Notes: generated from the letters alone by a model not told the origin. A stretch of DNA of 64,000 nucleotides from Holophagales bacterium (GCA_009836625.1 VXVC01000009.1:29723-93722); one strand, 5' to 3'. Positions 37,195 to 52,604 are shown, counted from the first letter of the stretch. Program-made: numbers and translations.

Positions 37195-39240
37195 TTACCA
37201 GCCGCGCAGCAGTCGCCGGGCGCGGTCCGCGATCGCGGCGGCGTTGATGCCGAGGTTCTCCACCAGATCGCCGTAGGGAGCCGAGGCGCCGAAGCGGTCG
37301 AGACCGAGGACGTCGCCTTCCGAACCGGTCCAGCGTTCCCAGCCCAGGGTCGCGGCGGCTTCAATGGCTAGCCGGCGGCGGACGCCCGGCGGCAGCACCC
37401 CGTCCCGGTACCCCTGTGACTGGGCGGCGAAGGCCTCCCAGGAAGGCATGCTGACCACGCGGACGGCGTGGCCTTCGGCAGCGAGTTCGGCCGCCGCGTC
37501 GAGTGCGGGGGCGACCTCGGAGCCGGTGGCGATCAGGATCAGGTCGGGTTCGGCTCCGCCGTCCGCCAGGACGTAGGCGCCGCGGGCGACGCCGGCGAGC
37601 GCGTGTTCGGCGGTCGCTTCGAGCACGGGCAGCTTCTGGCGGGTGAGGACGAGGGCGGAGGGGCCCGGCGTCTCGAGCGCGAGCGCCCAGGCGGCGGCGG
37701 TCTCGTTCGCATCGGCCGGGCGGACGACGACCAGGCCCGGGACCGCGCGCAGGTGCGCCAGGTGCTCGATCGGCTGGTGGGTCGGACCGTCCTCGCCAAG
37801 GAACACGGAGTCGTGGGTGAAGACGTAGATCGCCCGGAGCTCCATCAGCGCCGCCAGCCGCAGGCTCGGCTTGAGGTAATCGAGGAAGCAGAGGAAGGTG
37901 CCGCCGTAGGGTCGGAACAGGCCGGAGAGGGCCAGGCCGTTCATCGCCGCGGCCATCGCGTGCTCGCGCACGCCGAAACGGAAGTGTCGCGTCGGCGCGC
38001 CGGCGGCGTAGTCGCCCTCGCCTTCGAGCAGGGTGTTGTTCGAGCCAGTCAGGTCGGCCGAGCCGCCGGCGAGTTCGGGAATCAGGTCCTTCAGAGCGTT
38101 CAGCGTGACCCCGGAGGCCGAGCGGGTGGCGACCGGGCCGGCATCGGGATCGAAACGCGGGAGGGCATCGCGCCAGCCGTCCGGCAGGCCGACGGCCAGA
38201 CGGCGATCCAGCTCGGCCGCCGCCTCCGGGTACTCGTGGCGGTAGGACCCGAGAAGCGCCTGCCACTCAGCCGCCGCTTCGGACCCGAAGTCCGCGGCCG
38301 GCGCGAACGCCGCCCGCGCCGCCTCGGGCACCAGGAACTCTGGCTCCAGCGGCCAGCCCAGGGCCTCCTTGGTCGCCACGACTTCGTCAGCGCCGAGCGG
38401 CGCGCCGTGCGAGGCGGCGCTGTCCTGCTTGTTCGGACTGCCGTAGCCGATGTGGGTGCGAACCTGGATCAGGCTCGGACGGGCGGTCTCCGCTAGCGCC
38501 GCCTCGAACGCGGCATCGAGGGCTTCGATGTCGTTGCCGTCCGCAACAGACAAGGTGTGCCAGCCGTACGCCCGGTAGCGCCCGAGCACGTCCTCGCTGA
38601 AGCTCAGGTCCGTCGGGCCGTCGATCGTGATCCGGTTCGCGTCGTACAGCACGTTCAGCTTGCCGAGACCGAGGTGGCCGGCCATCGAGCAGGCCTCGGA
38701 GGCGACGCCTTCCATCAGGTCGCCGTCGGAGGCGAGCACCCAGGTCCGGTGATTGAACAGGACGTGCCCTGGGCGGTTGAAACGGGCGGCGAGAAGTTGC
38801 TCGGCGATCGCCATGCCGACGGCCGCCGAGATGCCCTGGCCGAGCGGGCCGGTCGTCACCTCGACGCCGGGCGTCAGGCCGTGTTCCGGGTGGCCCGGAG
38901 TGAGCGAGCCGTACTGCCGGAAGTTCCGGATCTCGTCGAGACTCAGGTCGTAGCCCGCCAGGTGCAGCAGGCCGTAGATCAGCGCCGAGGCGTGGCCGCA
39001 GGAAAGGACAAAGCGGTCCCGGTTCGGCCACTGGGGATCCCTGGGCGCGAAGCGCAGGTACTTCGTCCACAGGAGCGCCGCCATCGCCGCCTGGCCCATC
39101 GGCGCGCCGGGATGGCCGCTGTTCGCCCGCTCGACCATGTCGACGGCGAGGAAGCGCAGCGTGTCCGTCGCGACGTCCAGCGGCTGACGCTGGGGAGGCC
39201 CACCGGTCTCGGGCGTTCCGGCGGCCTCGACCTGACTCAT
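37195..39240 (-). CDS. tkt: Transketolase
   Basis: [42 protein letters not shown] and GEDGPTHQP motifs. Start set at ATG 39240. Confidence 0.97.
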   Translation of the reverse strand: MSQVEAAGTPETGGPPQRQPLDVATDTLRFLAVDMVERANSGHPGAPMGQAAMAALLWTKYLRFAPRDPQWPNRDRFVLSCGHASALIYGLLHLAGYDLSLDEIRNFRQYGSLTPGHPEHGLTPGVEVTTGPLGQGISAAVGMAIAEQLLAARFNRPGHVLFNHRTWVLASDGDLMEGVASEACSMAGHLGLGKLNVLYDANRITIDGPTDLSFSEDVLGRYRAYGWHTLSVADGNDIEALDAAFEAALAETARPSLIQVRTHIGYGSPNKQDSAASHGAPLGADEVVATKEALGWPLEPEFLVPEAARAAFAPAADFGSEAAAEWQALLGSYRHEYPEAAAELDRRLAVGLPDGWRDALPRFDPDAGPVATRSASGVTLNALKDLIPELAGGSADLTGSNNTLLEGEGDYAAGAPTRHFRFGVREHAMAAAMNGLALSGLFRPYGGTFLCFLDYLKPSLRLAALMELRAIYVFTHDSVFLGEDGPTHQPIEHLAHLRAVPGLVVVRPADANETAAAWALALETPGPSALVLTRQKLPVLEATAEHALAGVARGAYVLADGGAEPDLILIATGSEVAPALDAAAELAAEGHAVRVVSMPSWEAFAAQSQGYRDGVLPPGVRRRLAIEAAATLGWERWTGSEGDVLGLDRFGASAPYGDLVENLGINAAAIADRARRLLRGW

Positions 39241-39328
39241 CGACGCGTGGTTCCTGTGGATCGTGGGCGCGGCGGACGAAGGCGTGGCGAGGGGCCGGTC
39301 AAGCGGCGCCAAGCATACACGGCGCGGC

Positions 39329-40150
39329 TTAGGGCCCCTGCAAGCTGGCGAAGCTACGAGAGCAGGGGTTCTCCAGGTCGAATCGGGCGAGCTCCGCCGC
39401 TCGAGCCACGGCATCCTTCAGTGCATCGGGGGTAGCAGGGTCGTCGGCATCGAACCCCACGAGGTCGGTCAAATCGATACCCATCGTTTCGATGTGCAGG
39501 GTGAACAGGGCCTCTCCACGCAGAACATTCTGCAGCGCGCCGTTCAAGCGTGCGGTCCGCCGAACGAGCCGCGGGTACGCCTCCAGGTGCGGTAGCAGTT
39601 TGCCTTCCTCGTCGTAATAGCGACGGTCGCCGTCCCGGTGCATCTGCGGCAGAGTCGTGGTCATCAACGTGTTCAGGTGGTCGACATACTGTTCCAGCGA
39701 CAGGAGCATGACTCTGCCCCTCACGATGGACTGCACCAGAAGGCTGTCCAGCGACTCGAAGTTCTGGCTGTCGAAAGCGGCCTGGAGGACCCGATCGTCG
39801 TACAGGTAGTAGAACTCGCTCAACGGAATTTCCGGCTCCAGGCCTTCGTCGATCTGCCGGACAACCTGTATGTGCGGCCGTAGCTCCTCCAACTGGTCGT
39901 GCAGGGACGAGACGAGGATCTCGAAGTCGCAGATGAGGATTTCGCGGTACTTCAGCGCGAGTTCCTGTTCGCGCGCCGCCTCCTGACGGTTGCCGAGGAG
40001 GAAGGCCAGGTAGACGCCGACGAAGACGACCAGGAGCTCGATGGCGAAGAACGGCAGGTTTCTCCGCAACCTGGTGCCGAACCCCGGAAGGGTCGCCGGG
40101 GTCTCAGCCATCTCGTCTTCCTGTGCGCGTCGCAACCGGTTCCAGAACAT
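39329..40150 (-). CDS. Hypothetical membrane-anchored protein
   Basis: One TM span ([19 protein letters not shown]) followed by a helical domain. The start could instead be 40111. Confidence 0.65.
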   Translation of the reverse strand: MFWNRLRRAQEDEMAETPATLPGFGTRLRRNLPFFAIELLVVFVGVYLAFLLGNRQEAAREQELALKYREILICDFEILVSSLHDQLEELRPHIQVVRQIDEGLEPEIPLSEFYYLYDDRVLQAAFDSQNFESLDSLLVQSIVRGRVMLLSLEQYVDHLNTLMTTTLPQMHRDGDRRYYDEEGKLLPHLEAYPRLVRRTARLNGALQNVLRGEALFTLHIETMGIDLTDLVGFDADDPATPDALKDAVARAAELARFDLENPCSRSFASLQGP

Positions 40151-40188
40151 GACGGAGGTGACGTCGGTCCGTCAGGAGCCGGAGATCT

Positions 40189-40710
40189 TCAGGGCCTTGA
40201 ATCAAGATAGCCGTCGACGGCCTTCTCAAGCGCGGCGCTTCGCAGTCCGTTCTCCTTGGCGCGGGTGCGGGCTTCTTCCCGATCCACGCCCTTGCCGGCG
40301 ACCAGGTAGGCGTAGTAGAGGGCGCCGACCCGGTTGCCCGAGGCGCAATGGACGAGCACCGGGCCGTCCACCTTGTCCATCGCTTCGATGAACCGCTCGA
40401 AGGTCTCGGGCTGCGCCAACCGTTCCGCGTCCACCGGCACGTTCAGGTAGGGAACGTCCAGGCTCTGGAGGGCCGCGGGCTCGTCGAAGCCCCGGTTCTC
40501 GCCCTCGGCACGCAGGTCGAGGACGAAGGACAGGCCGTCGGCGGCCATCGCCTTGAGCTGATCCTCGGTCGGCTGGCCGCCGAAGAGGACGCCCGGTTCC
40601 GGGTGCTTCGCGCCGCGCAGGCCGTGGTCCTTCTGTTCGGCGGCGGCGACAGGCGCGGCGAGAACCAGGGCCAGGGCGGACAGGGCGGCGGCAAGGGACA
40701 GGTTACGCAT
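40189..40710 (-). CDS. Secreted DUF442/Blh-like CX5R phosphatase or sulfurtransferase-fold protein
   Basis: Signal peptide, GGQPT, VLDLR and HCASGNR motifs. The ATG at 40710 overlaps the sufT stop. Confidence 0.8.
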   Translation of the reverse strand: MRNLSLAAALSALALVLAAPVAAAEQKDHGLRGAKHPEPGVLFGGQPTEDQLKAMAADGLSFVLDLRAEGENRGFDEPAALQSLDVPYLNVPVDAERLAQPETFERFIEAMDKVDGPVLVHCASGNRVGALYYAYLVAGKGVDREEARTRAKENGLRSAALEKAVDGYLDSRP

Positions 40711-41051
40711 CAGAAGAACCCCAATTCCAGTTTCGCGGCTTCGCTCATCATCGCCGGATTCCACGTCGGATCCCAGACCACCTCGACCTCGGCGCCTTCG
40801 ACGCCCTCGACGTCGCGCACGGTCCGCTCCACATCGCCGGGCAGCGACTCGGCGACCGGGCAGTGCGGCGAGGTCAGGGTCATCTGCAGCTTGACGTGGG
40901 CGTTCTCTTCGATTCGCACGTCGTAGATCAGGCCGAGCTCGTAGATGTCGACCGGGATCTCCGGGTCGTAGACCGTCTTCAGGGCCTCGACGATCCGGGC
41001 CTCAAGGGCCGCCATGTCCACCTGGATTCCGGTCGCGGCGGTGTCGTCCAT
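40710..41051 (-). CDS. sufT: DUF59 Fe-S cluster maturation protein
   Basis: ALKTVYDPEIPVDIYELGLIY, MTLTSPHCP and VWDPTW motifs. Confidence 0.9.
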   Translation of the reverse strand: MDDTAATGIQVDMAALEARIVEALKTVYDPEIPVDIYELGLIYDVRIEENAHVKLQMTLTSPHCPVAESLPGDVERTVRDVEGVEGAEVEVVWDPTWNPAMMSEAAKLELGFF

Positions 41052-41081
41052 TCCCGATACTCCTCCCGTCGAAGCTACAGC

Positions 41082-41528
41082 CTACTCGGTGGTCACCGCC
41101 TCCGAGTCCCCGCCCTCGAGCGCGGCCCGCAACGCGTGCCACGCCAGGGTCGCGCATTTGATCCGCACGGGGTAGTCCTTGACGCCGCTCAGGACCTCCA
41201 GCTTGCCGAGGTCGACGCCGGCCTCCCCGTCCCCGGTCATCAGGGCGAGGAAGGAAGCGATCAGCGCCTCCGCCTGCGGCCGTTCGAGGCCGCGGACGGC
41301 CTCGGTCATCAGGGACGCCGAGGCGGTCGAGATCGCGCAGCCGACGCCCTCGAAGGACACGCCGTCGACCCGGTCGCCGTCGGTGCGCAGGTAGATCTTG
41401 ATCTGGTCGCCGCAGAGCGGGTTGTAGCCCTCGGCGCAGGCCGACACCGGCTCGAGCGCGCCGAAGTTCCGGGGCGCCCGGTAGTGGTCGAGAATGACCT
41501 GCTGGTAGAGATCGCGGAGATCGGACAT
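41082..41528 (-). CDS. sufU: SufU/NifU-N-like protein
   Basis: LYQQVILDHY, NPLCGD, GCAISTASAS and PVRIKCATLAW motifs. Confidence 0.93.
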   Translation of the reverse strand: MSDLRDLYQQVILDHYRAPRNFGALEPVSACAEGYNPLCGDQIKIYLRTDGDRVDGVSFEGVGCAISTASASLMTEAVRGLERPQAEALIASFLALMTGDGEAGVDLGKLEVLSGVKDYPVRIKCATLAWHALRAALEGGDSEAVTTE

Positions 41529-41556
41529 GGCTACCGGTCGCCTACGCTAGAACTCA

Positions 41557-42840
41557 TCAGCCGAAGATCCGCCGCACTTCGTGCAGGCCGGAGACGAGCA
41601 GATCGACCTCCTCGTGGGTGTTGTACAGCCCGAAAGAGGCCCGCACCGTGGCCGGCACGCCGAGCCGCTCCATCAGCGGCTGCGCGCAGTGGTGGCCGGC
41701 GCGGATCGCCACTCCCTGCTCGTCGAGAATCGTTGCCACATCGTGGGGGTGAGCGCCGTCGACCACCAGAGAGACGACGGCGGCCCGGGGAGAACCGGCT
41801 TCCGCGCCTTGCCCCAGCACGCGAACCCAGGGGAGATCATTCAGAACTTCCACAGTATGGGAGAGCAGTGCGTGTTCGTGCCGCTCGATCCGATCGAGCC
41901 CCACCGACTCCAGGAACTCGATCGCCACGCCGAGCCCGATCGCCGGCGCGATGCTCGGCGTGCCCGCCTCGAAGCGGTGGGGCGGCACGGTGTACTCGGT
42001 GCGCTCGAAGGTCACCCGCGTGATCATCGCGCCGCCGCCGTGGTAGGGCGGCATCGAAGCCAGCAGCTTGCCCCGCCCCCACAGGGCGCCGATCCCGCCC
42101 GGACCGTACATCTTGTGGCCGGAGAAGGCGTAGAAGTCGCAGTCGAGCGCGGAGACGTCGACCTTCATGTGAGGCACGGCCTGCGCCCCGTCGACGACCA
42201 CGGCGGCCCCCGAGCGGTCGCGGACCAGACGGGCGACCGCGGCCACGTCGTTCACCGTGCCGAGTGCGTTCGACACGTGAGCCAGCGCGACCACCCGGGT
42301 GCGCTCGTTGACCATCCGGGCAAACGCGTCCAGATCGACGTCGCCGTCGTCCGTGATCGGAGCCGCGCGCACGCGGGCGCCGGTCTGCTCGCAGACGAGC
42401 TGCCAGGGGACGATGTTCGAGTGGTGCTCCATCTCGGTGAGCAGCACCTCGTCACCGGGTCCCAGCAGTGGCCGCGCGTAGCTCTGGGCGACCAGGTTCA
42501 GGCTCTCGGTGGTGCCCCGGGTGAAGACGATCTCGGAACTCTTCGACGCTCCGACGAACCGCGCGACCTTGCCGCGTGCCGCCTCGTACTCGTCGGTCGA
42601 ACGCTCCGACAGCGCATGCACGCCGCGGTGGGCGTTCGCGTAGTAGGTGCGGTAGCAGTCGCTGACCGCCTCGATCACCGCCTCCGGCCGCTGCGCGCTG
42701 GCGGCGTTGTCGAGGTAGACCAGCCGGTGGCCGTGAACCTCCCGGGCGAGGATCGGAAACGAGGCGCGCAGCCGCTCGACATCGAGAGCACCGGCCGCCG
42801 GTGGCCGCTCCCCGTCTGCCAAGGGCGCCGGAGCCGTCAT
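41557..42840 (-). CDS. sufS: Cysteine desulfurase, SufS type
   Basis: YLDNAAS, HRGVH, FSGHKM, FEAGTP and RAGHHCAQP motifs. Confidence 0.96.
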   Translation of the reverse strand: MTAPAPLADGERPPAAGALDVERLRASFPILAREVHGHRLVYLDNAASAQRPEAVIEAVSDCYRTYYANAHRGVHALSERSTDEYEAARGKVARFVGASKSSEIVFTRGTTESLNLVAQSYARPLLGPGDEVLLTEMEHHSNIVPWQLVCEQTGARVRAAPITDDGDVDLDAFARMVNERTRVVALAHVSNALGTVNDVAAVARLVRDRSGAAVVVDGAQAVPHMKVDVSALDCDFYAFSGHKMYGPGGIGALWGRGKLLASMPPYHGGGAMITRVTFERTEYTVPPHRFEAGTPSIAPAIGLGVAIEFLESVGLDRIERHEHALLSHTVEVLNDLPWVRVLGQGAEAGSPRAAVVSLVVDGAHPHDVATILDEQGVAIRAGHHCAQPLMERLGVPATVRASFGLYNTHEEVDLLVSGLHEVRRIFG

Positions 42841-42844
42841 CTGC

Positions 42845-44206
42845 CTACCGCGGTCCGCCGCCGTTGAGGCTCGCGAGCAACCGGCTCTCCAGGTCCTGCC
42901 GGAGCGGCTCGTGGGACGCTTTCTCGACCAGCTCCCGGGCGAAGGCGTAGACCAGCATCGCGTGGGCCTGCTCGCGCTCGATGCCGCGAGAGCGCAGGTA
43001 GAAGAGCGCTTCCTCGTCCAGCCGGCCGATCGTCGAGCCGTGCGTGCAGCGTACGTCGTCGGCGAAGATCTCGAGTTGCGGATTGCTGTTGGCGAGCGCC
43101 GACTTCGACAGGAGCAGGTTGCGGTTCGTCTGCTTGGCGTCCGTCTTCTGCGCCGCCTGGTGCACGTAGATGCGGCCGTTGAACACCGAACGCGCCCGGC
43201 CGTCGAGGACGCCCTTGTAGAGCTGGTGACTGGTCGTGTGCGGCTGCCGGTGCTCGACGCGCATGTGGTTGTCCACGAACTGGGAACCGTCGATGACGTA
43301 GAGGCCGTCGAGCGTGCAGTGGGAGCCCTCGCCGTCGAGCAGCCCCACCGTGTCGTTCCGCACCAGGCCGCCTCCGAACGCCAGGGACGAGGAGTCGAAG
43401 GACGCGGAGCGCTCGAGCTGCGCGTGCTGAAAGCCGAGGTGGAACGCGTCGGTCGCGTCGGCCTGAAGCCGGGTGTGGTGGAGCACCGAGCCCGCGCCGC
43501 AGACGAACTCCGACACCGGGCAGACGAAGTAGCCGCCGGCCTTCGGGTCGACAGCGGCGAAGGTCTCGATCACCGAAGCCTGGCTGTTCTCGCCGGCGAT
43601 GACGAGCAGGCGCGGAAAGCTGACCTCGACGGCGGGCGTGTCGCCGCCGGACTCCGCGGCGGGCGCCGCGGGAGCGTTGAGCCAGAGCACCTGCAACGGC
43701 TGCTCGACGACGGCTCCATCCGGAATCACGATCGCCGCGCCGTCCTCGAACAGGCCGGTGTTGAGGGCCGCGAACGGATGCACCCCTGCGTCGGCGCTGC
43801 ACGAGGCGCGGCCGGAGGCGTGGGCGCCGAGATGCTCCAGGACCGCTTCCGTGTCGCCGCCGGCGCCGGGTTCCGCCAGAGCCACCGCGGTGATCTGCCG
43901 TGGCGGCGACGAGATCTCCGGCGCGTAGCGGCCGTTCACGAACACCATCCGGGGACAGTCCGGGTAGAGAAAGCGGGCGGCCTCGCCGCCCTGGAGCGGG
44001 CGCCGCGAAGCCGCTGCCGGCGCAGCGCGCAGCAGCGAACCGAGGTTCGTCTGCCGCCACTCCTCGTCGCGACCGGTCGGGAAGCCGGCGGCCTCGAAGC
44101 GCTCGATCGCCTCCTGCCGCCGCGCGCGCAGAACCTCCGGCTCGCCGCCGCGGCGAGCGTACAGATCCAGGTATGGGGCGGTGGAGCGGCCGCTGGCGAT
44201 GGTCAC
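42845..44206 (-). CDS. sufD: Fe-S cluster assembly protein SufD
   Basis: EEWRQT, FNGRIYV, QKTDAKQ, PQLEIFADDVRCTHG and LFYLRSRGI motifs. Confidence 0.95.
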   Translation of the reverse strand: MTIASGRSTAPYLDLYARRGGEPEVLRARRQEAIERFEAAGFPTGRDEEWRQTNLGSLLRAAPAAASRRPLQGGEAARFLYPDCPRMVFVNGRYAPEISSPPRQITAVALAEPGAGGDTEAVLEHLGAHASGRASCSADAGVHPFAALNTGLFEDGAAIVIPDGAVVEQPLQVLWLNAPAAPAAESGGDTPAVEVSFPRLLVIAGENSQASVIETFAAVDPKAGGYFVCPVSEFVCGAGSVLHHTRLQADATDAFHLGFQHAQLERSASFDSSSLAFGGGLVRNDTVGLLDGEGSHCTLDGLYVIDGSQFVDNHMRVEHRQPHTTSHQLYKGVLDGRARSVFNGRIYVHQAAQKTDAKQTNRNLLLSKSALANSNPQLEIFADDVRCTHGSTIGRLDEEALFYLRSRGIEREQAHAMLVYAFARELVEKASHEPLRQDLESRLLASLNGGGPR

Positions 44207-44210
44207 GGGC

Positions 44211-44966
44211 TCAGTCTCCGGACGAACCGTTGGTCAGGCCGGTGTAGCCCTTCTCCTCGAGTTCGAGCGCCAGCTCGCTGCCGCCGGAGCGGACGATCCG
44301 CCCATCCAGGAGCACGTGGACGTGGTCGGGCACGATGTAGTTCAGCAGCCGCTGGTAGTGGGTGATGACGACGAACGCCCGGTCCTCGCTCCTGAGCGCG
44401 TTGACCCCCGCCGCCACCGTCTTCAGGGCGTCGATGTCCAGCCCGGAGTCCGTCTCGTCGAGGACGGCCAGCCGGGGTTCGAGCACCGCCATCTGGAGGA
44501 TCTCGTTCCGCTTCTTCTCGCCGCCCGAGAAGCCCTCGTTGACGGGGCGCCGCAACAGCGCCTCGTCCACGTCGACCAGTTCCGCGCGCTTGCGCAACAA
44601 CTGGAGAAAGTCCATGGCGTCGAGTTCGTCCTCGCCCCTGGCCTTGCGGATCGCGTTGAGCGCGGCCTTGAGGAAGTAGCTGTTGCCGACGCCCGGGATC
44701 TCGACCGGGTACTGGAAGGCGAGGAAGAGACCCGCATGGGCTCGCTCTTCCGGGGCCATCTCCTGCAAATCGTCGCCATCCAGCTCCAGCGAGCCGGCCG
44801 TGACGTCGTAGTCCTCCCGGCCCGCGAGCACCTGGGCCAGCGTACTCTTGCCCGATCCGTTCGGCCCCATCACCGCGTGGACCTCGCCGGCGTTCACCTC
44901 GAGATCCACACCCTTCAGGATTTTCTGTTCTTCGACCTTCGCGTGAAGGTCACTCACCCTCAGCAT
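44211..44966 (-). CDS. sufC: Fe-S cluster assembly ATPase SufC
   Basis: GPNGSGKST, FQYPVEIPG, FSGGEKKRNE and LDETDSGLD motifs. Confidence 0.97.
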   Translation of the reverse strand: MLRVSDLHAKVEEQKILKGVDLEVNAGEVHAVMGPNGSGKSTLAQVLAGREDYDVTAGSLELDGDDLQEMAPEERAHAGLFLAFQYPVEIPGVGNSYFLKAALNAIRKARGEDELDAMDFLQLLRKRAELVDVDEALLRRPVNEGFSGGEKKRNEILQMAVLEPRLAVLDETDSGLDIDALKTVAAGVNALRSEDRAFVVITHYQRLLNYIVPDHVHVLLDGRIVRSGGSELALELEEKGYTGLTNGSSGD

Positions 44967-45033
44967 TGCTGTATCTCTCCGTGCGGCGTCTTTCCGGCCG
45001 CTTGCGGTCCCGGCAACCCGGCCCCCCGAAGGG

Positions 45034-46481
<1,448 letters not shown>

Positions 46482-46482
<1 letters not shown>

Positions 46483-46937
46483 CAGGAGTTGCTCCCCAGG
46501 GGAATGAGGGTGGAGGCCGCGGGCCGGCCGGCGAGAAAGTCCGGGCGCGCCATGTCCTCGATCGTGACCCCTTCGAGAGCTCGTCGAACAGCCCGGTCGA
46601 TCCGCTGCCAGTTCTCCCGCACGCGGCAGAACGCCTCGTAGGAACACTCGTCGTCCGAGTGCTCGCTGCACTGGGTCAGGGCGATCGGGCCCTCGAGCGC
46701 GAAGATCACGTGCGCGACGCTGATCTCCGCCGCCGGACGCGCGAGTTCGTAGCCGCCGTGCACGCCGCGGTGAGAAGCCAGCAGGCCGGCCCTCGCGAGC
46801 ATCTTGAGGATCTTGCTCACCATCGCGGGCGGCAGGTGCGTCTGCAACGCAAGCTCAGCCGCCGCGGTCTGCCCGGTCAGGGCCAGTTGGCTCATCAGGA
46901 CGATCCCGTAGTCGGCTTGCTTGGTCAGACGGATCAT
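46482..46937 (-). CDS. Rrf2-family SUF system regulator with three Cys ligands
   Basis: [24 protein letters not shown] and [10 protein letters not shown]...C...C motifs. Start set at ATG 46937. Confidence 0.9.
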
Positions 46938-46949
46938 GGCGGCGAAACG

Positions 46950-46979
46950 GGGACCCGAATAGTCCCGATTCGGAGAGTA
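46950..46979 (-). promoter_or_regulatory. suf operon -10 box with an adjacent palindromic operator
   Basis: TACTCT (46979-46974) is immediately followed by CCGAAT-N7-ATTCGG (46955-46973), which overlaps GGGAC-N7-GTCCC (46950-46966). Confidence 0.5.
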
Positions 46980-47016
46980 GCAGCTTGCGCCCTGGAGCGC
47001 TACCGTGTGAGTCGCC

Positions 47017-47793
47017 GTGACGAACTCGGCTGCCATTCCCATCTACTTCGATGTCTTCGGCGCCATCGTCATGATCTGGTGCGGGCTGACCGTGCCGGTT
47101 CTGGTCTACGGCCTGGTGGGCAAGGACCGGACGGGCCGGGCAGGCGGCCGTGCCTGGGGACCGAACGTCGACCCGCGCTGGGGTTGGCTCTTGATGGAGC
47201 TCTCGGCCCTGGCCGTGTTCCCGCTCGTCTACCTCGCGGCCGGGGAGCGCCACCGGGTCGGCGACGTCCTGGTCGGTCTCTGGCTTGCCCACTACGTGCA
47301 CCGCACCCTCGTGTGGCCGTGGATCGTCCAGCGCCAGGCGCGTCCGTTCCCCGCCGTCACGGCCGCCTCGGGCTTCGCCTTCAACCTCGTCAACGGCGTA
47401 CTCCTGGGCTGGTTCATGGGCTGGCTCGCCGACTATCCGGTGGACTGGTTCTCCGACCCGCGTTTCCGGGCCGGCGCCGCGCTCTTTGTTCTGGGAGCGG
47501 TGCTCAACATCTCTTCCGACTACCGTCTGTCGGCGCTGCGGGCCAGGGCCTCGGGCGGCGCTGTCCTGCCTCGCGGCGGCGCGTTCGACTCCGTCTCCTG
47601 CCCCAACCTGGCCGGCGAGATCGTCGAGTGGATCGGCTTCGCCCTGATGAGCTGGTCGCTGCCCGGTCTGGCGTTCGCGTTGTGGACCGCCGCCAACCTG
47701 ATTCCGCGGGCGCTCTGGCGGCACCGCTGGTACCGGGAGCGATTCCCCGACTACCCCTCGAACCGCCGGGCGCTCTTCCCCGGCCTGCTGTGA
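47017..47793 (+). CDS. Steroid 5-alpha-reductase family membrane protein
   Basis: GWLLMEL, HYVHRT, NLVNG, GGAFDSVSCPNLAGEIVEWIGFA and ANLIPRA...HRWY motifs. Confidence 0.85.
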   Translation: MTNSAAIPIYFDVFGAIVMIWCGLTVPVLVYGLVGKDRTGRAGGRAWGPNVDPRWGWLLMELSALAVFPLVYLAAGERHRVGDVLVGLWLAHYVHRTLVWPWIVQRQARPFPAVTAASGFAFNLVNGVLLGWFMGWLADYPVDWFSDPRFRAGAALFVLGAVLNISSDYRLSALRARASGGAVLPRGGAFDSVSCPNLAGEIVEWIGFALMSWSLPGLAFALWTAANLIPRALWRHRWYRERFPDYPSNRRALFPGLL

Positions 47794-47802
47794 GACCGGG
47801 TC

Positions 47803-48906
47803 TCAGTCGTTCCCGTCTCCGCCGGCCGCCGGCGCCAGACGTTCCGCCTCCCGGCTGTCGCCGAGCAGCACGGCCACCCAGCGGAACTCCTCCGTGTTCT
47901 CGAGCAGGATCTTGACCACCATCGTCAGCGGCACCGACAGCAGCATGCCGACCGGTCCCCACACCCAGCCCCAGAAGACGAGGGACAGGACGACCACCAG
48001 GGTCGAGAGACCGAGCCGCCGTCCCAGGAGCGGCGGTTCGATGAAGTTGCCGATCACCATGTTGACGACCAGGTAGCCCAGGGCGACGAGCAATGCCCGG
48101 CCGACGCCGATCTGGACCATGGCCAGGAGCGTCGTCGGCACCGCCGCGATGATCGAACCGAGGTTCGGGATGAAGTTGAGGACGAAGGCCACCAGCCCCC
48201 AGAAGACCGCGAACTCGACGCCCAGCACGCCGACCCAGATGCCGATCAACAGGCCCGTGGCCAGGCTGATCACCGTCTTGATCCCCATGTAGTGCTGGAT
48301 ATCGTGCATGGCGCGGGCGAAGCGCGCCTCGGCGCCGGCGCTGCCGAAGGCCGCGCGCACCTTGGGGCCGAAGGTCGCCGCCTCGAAGAGGGTGAAGATG
48401 ACGATCAGCGAGATGACGAGGAACGACGACAGGGCGGCCGTCGTCGCCCGCAGCGTGCGGTTCACGAAGTCGACCAGGAAGCCCGGCTCGAAGCGCGAGA
48501 ACAACGCAAGCGGCAGGGAGTCGTCGCCCGCCAGCCCGCTGGCGACGGGCACTCCCCGCTCCTCCAGCCACTCGCCGCCGTCTTCGATCCACTCCGTGAG
48601 CGTGGACTGGATCTCGCCCATCTCGCCCGCGACCTGGTTCGCGGTGGAACCGACCAGATAGCCGACCAGGGCGAGCACCAGCAGGTCCATCAGGATCGTG
48701 CCGAGAACGGCGACGATCATCGGCAGGCGCTGCTGCAGCCAGGTCAGGACGGGCAGGCTGATCGCCGCGATGAAGACCGCGACCAGGAACGGGATCATGA
48801 TCGACGACGCGGCCCGCAGGCCGGCGACCAGGACGACGACGCAGGCCGCGACCAGCAGCAGGCGCATCGGCGTTCCGATGTCTCTTCGCTGGTCGTCCTG
48901 GGTCAT
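47803..48906 (-). CDS. AI-2E family transporter
   Basis: Polytopic membrane protein with LNFIPNLGSI, IEPPLLG and WGWVWGPVGMLLSVPL motifs. Confidence 0.92.
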   Translation of the reverse strand: MTQDDQRRDIGTPMRLLLVAACVVVLVAGLRAASSIMIPFLVAVFIAAISLPVLTWLQQRLPMIVAVLGTILMDLLVLALVGYLVGSTANQVAGEMGEIQSTLTEWIEDGGEWLEERGVPVASGLAGDDSLPLALFSRFEPGFLVDFVNRTLRATTAALSSFLVISLIVIFTLFEAATFGPKVRAAFGSAGAEARFARAMHDIQHYMGIKTVISLATGLLIGIWVGVLGVEFAVFWGLVAFVLNFIPNLGSIIAAVPTTLLAMVQIGVGRALLVALGYLVVNMVIGNFIEPPLLGRRLGLSTLVVVLSLVFWGWVWGPVGMLLSVPLTMVVKILLENTEEFRWVAVLLGDSREAERLAPAAGGDGND

Positions 48907-48910
48907 CGGT

Positions 48911-50854
<1,944 letters not shown>

Positions 50855-50873
50855 CCGACTCTCCCTGCCGGCC

Positions 50874-52469
<1,596 letters not shown>

Positions 52470-52529
52470 CTACCTCGTCACGGTCGAGAGCGAGAAGCGG
52501 TCCCGCCTCACCGTCCAGGCCACAAGCAG

Positions 52530-52604
52530 TGGCTCCTCGGGAGGGATTCGAACCCCCAACATTTCGGTTAACAGCCGAACGCTCTACCGTTGAGCTACCG
52601 AGGA
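52530..52604 (-). tRNA. tRNA-Asn (GTT)
   Basis: Reverse complement TCCTCGG...TTCGG-CT-GTT-AA-CCGAA...GGTTCGAATCC...CCGAGGA-G-CCA. Confidence 0.96.

Noticed and set aside
30871-37200. Integrated element bounded by a duplicate of the tRNA-Lys 3' end
   Set aside because: I found no second copy of the tRNA end by eye, and there is no integrase or transposase in the window.
44967-45033. Small tetraloop hairpins between sufB and sufC as a separate ncRNA or REP copy
   Set aside because: Only about 10 nt match the REP-like family and the stems are short, so this is more likely an mRNA stability or processing structure.
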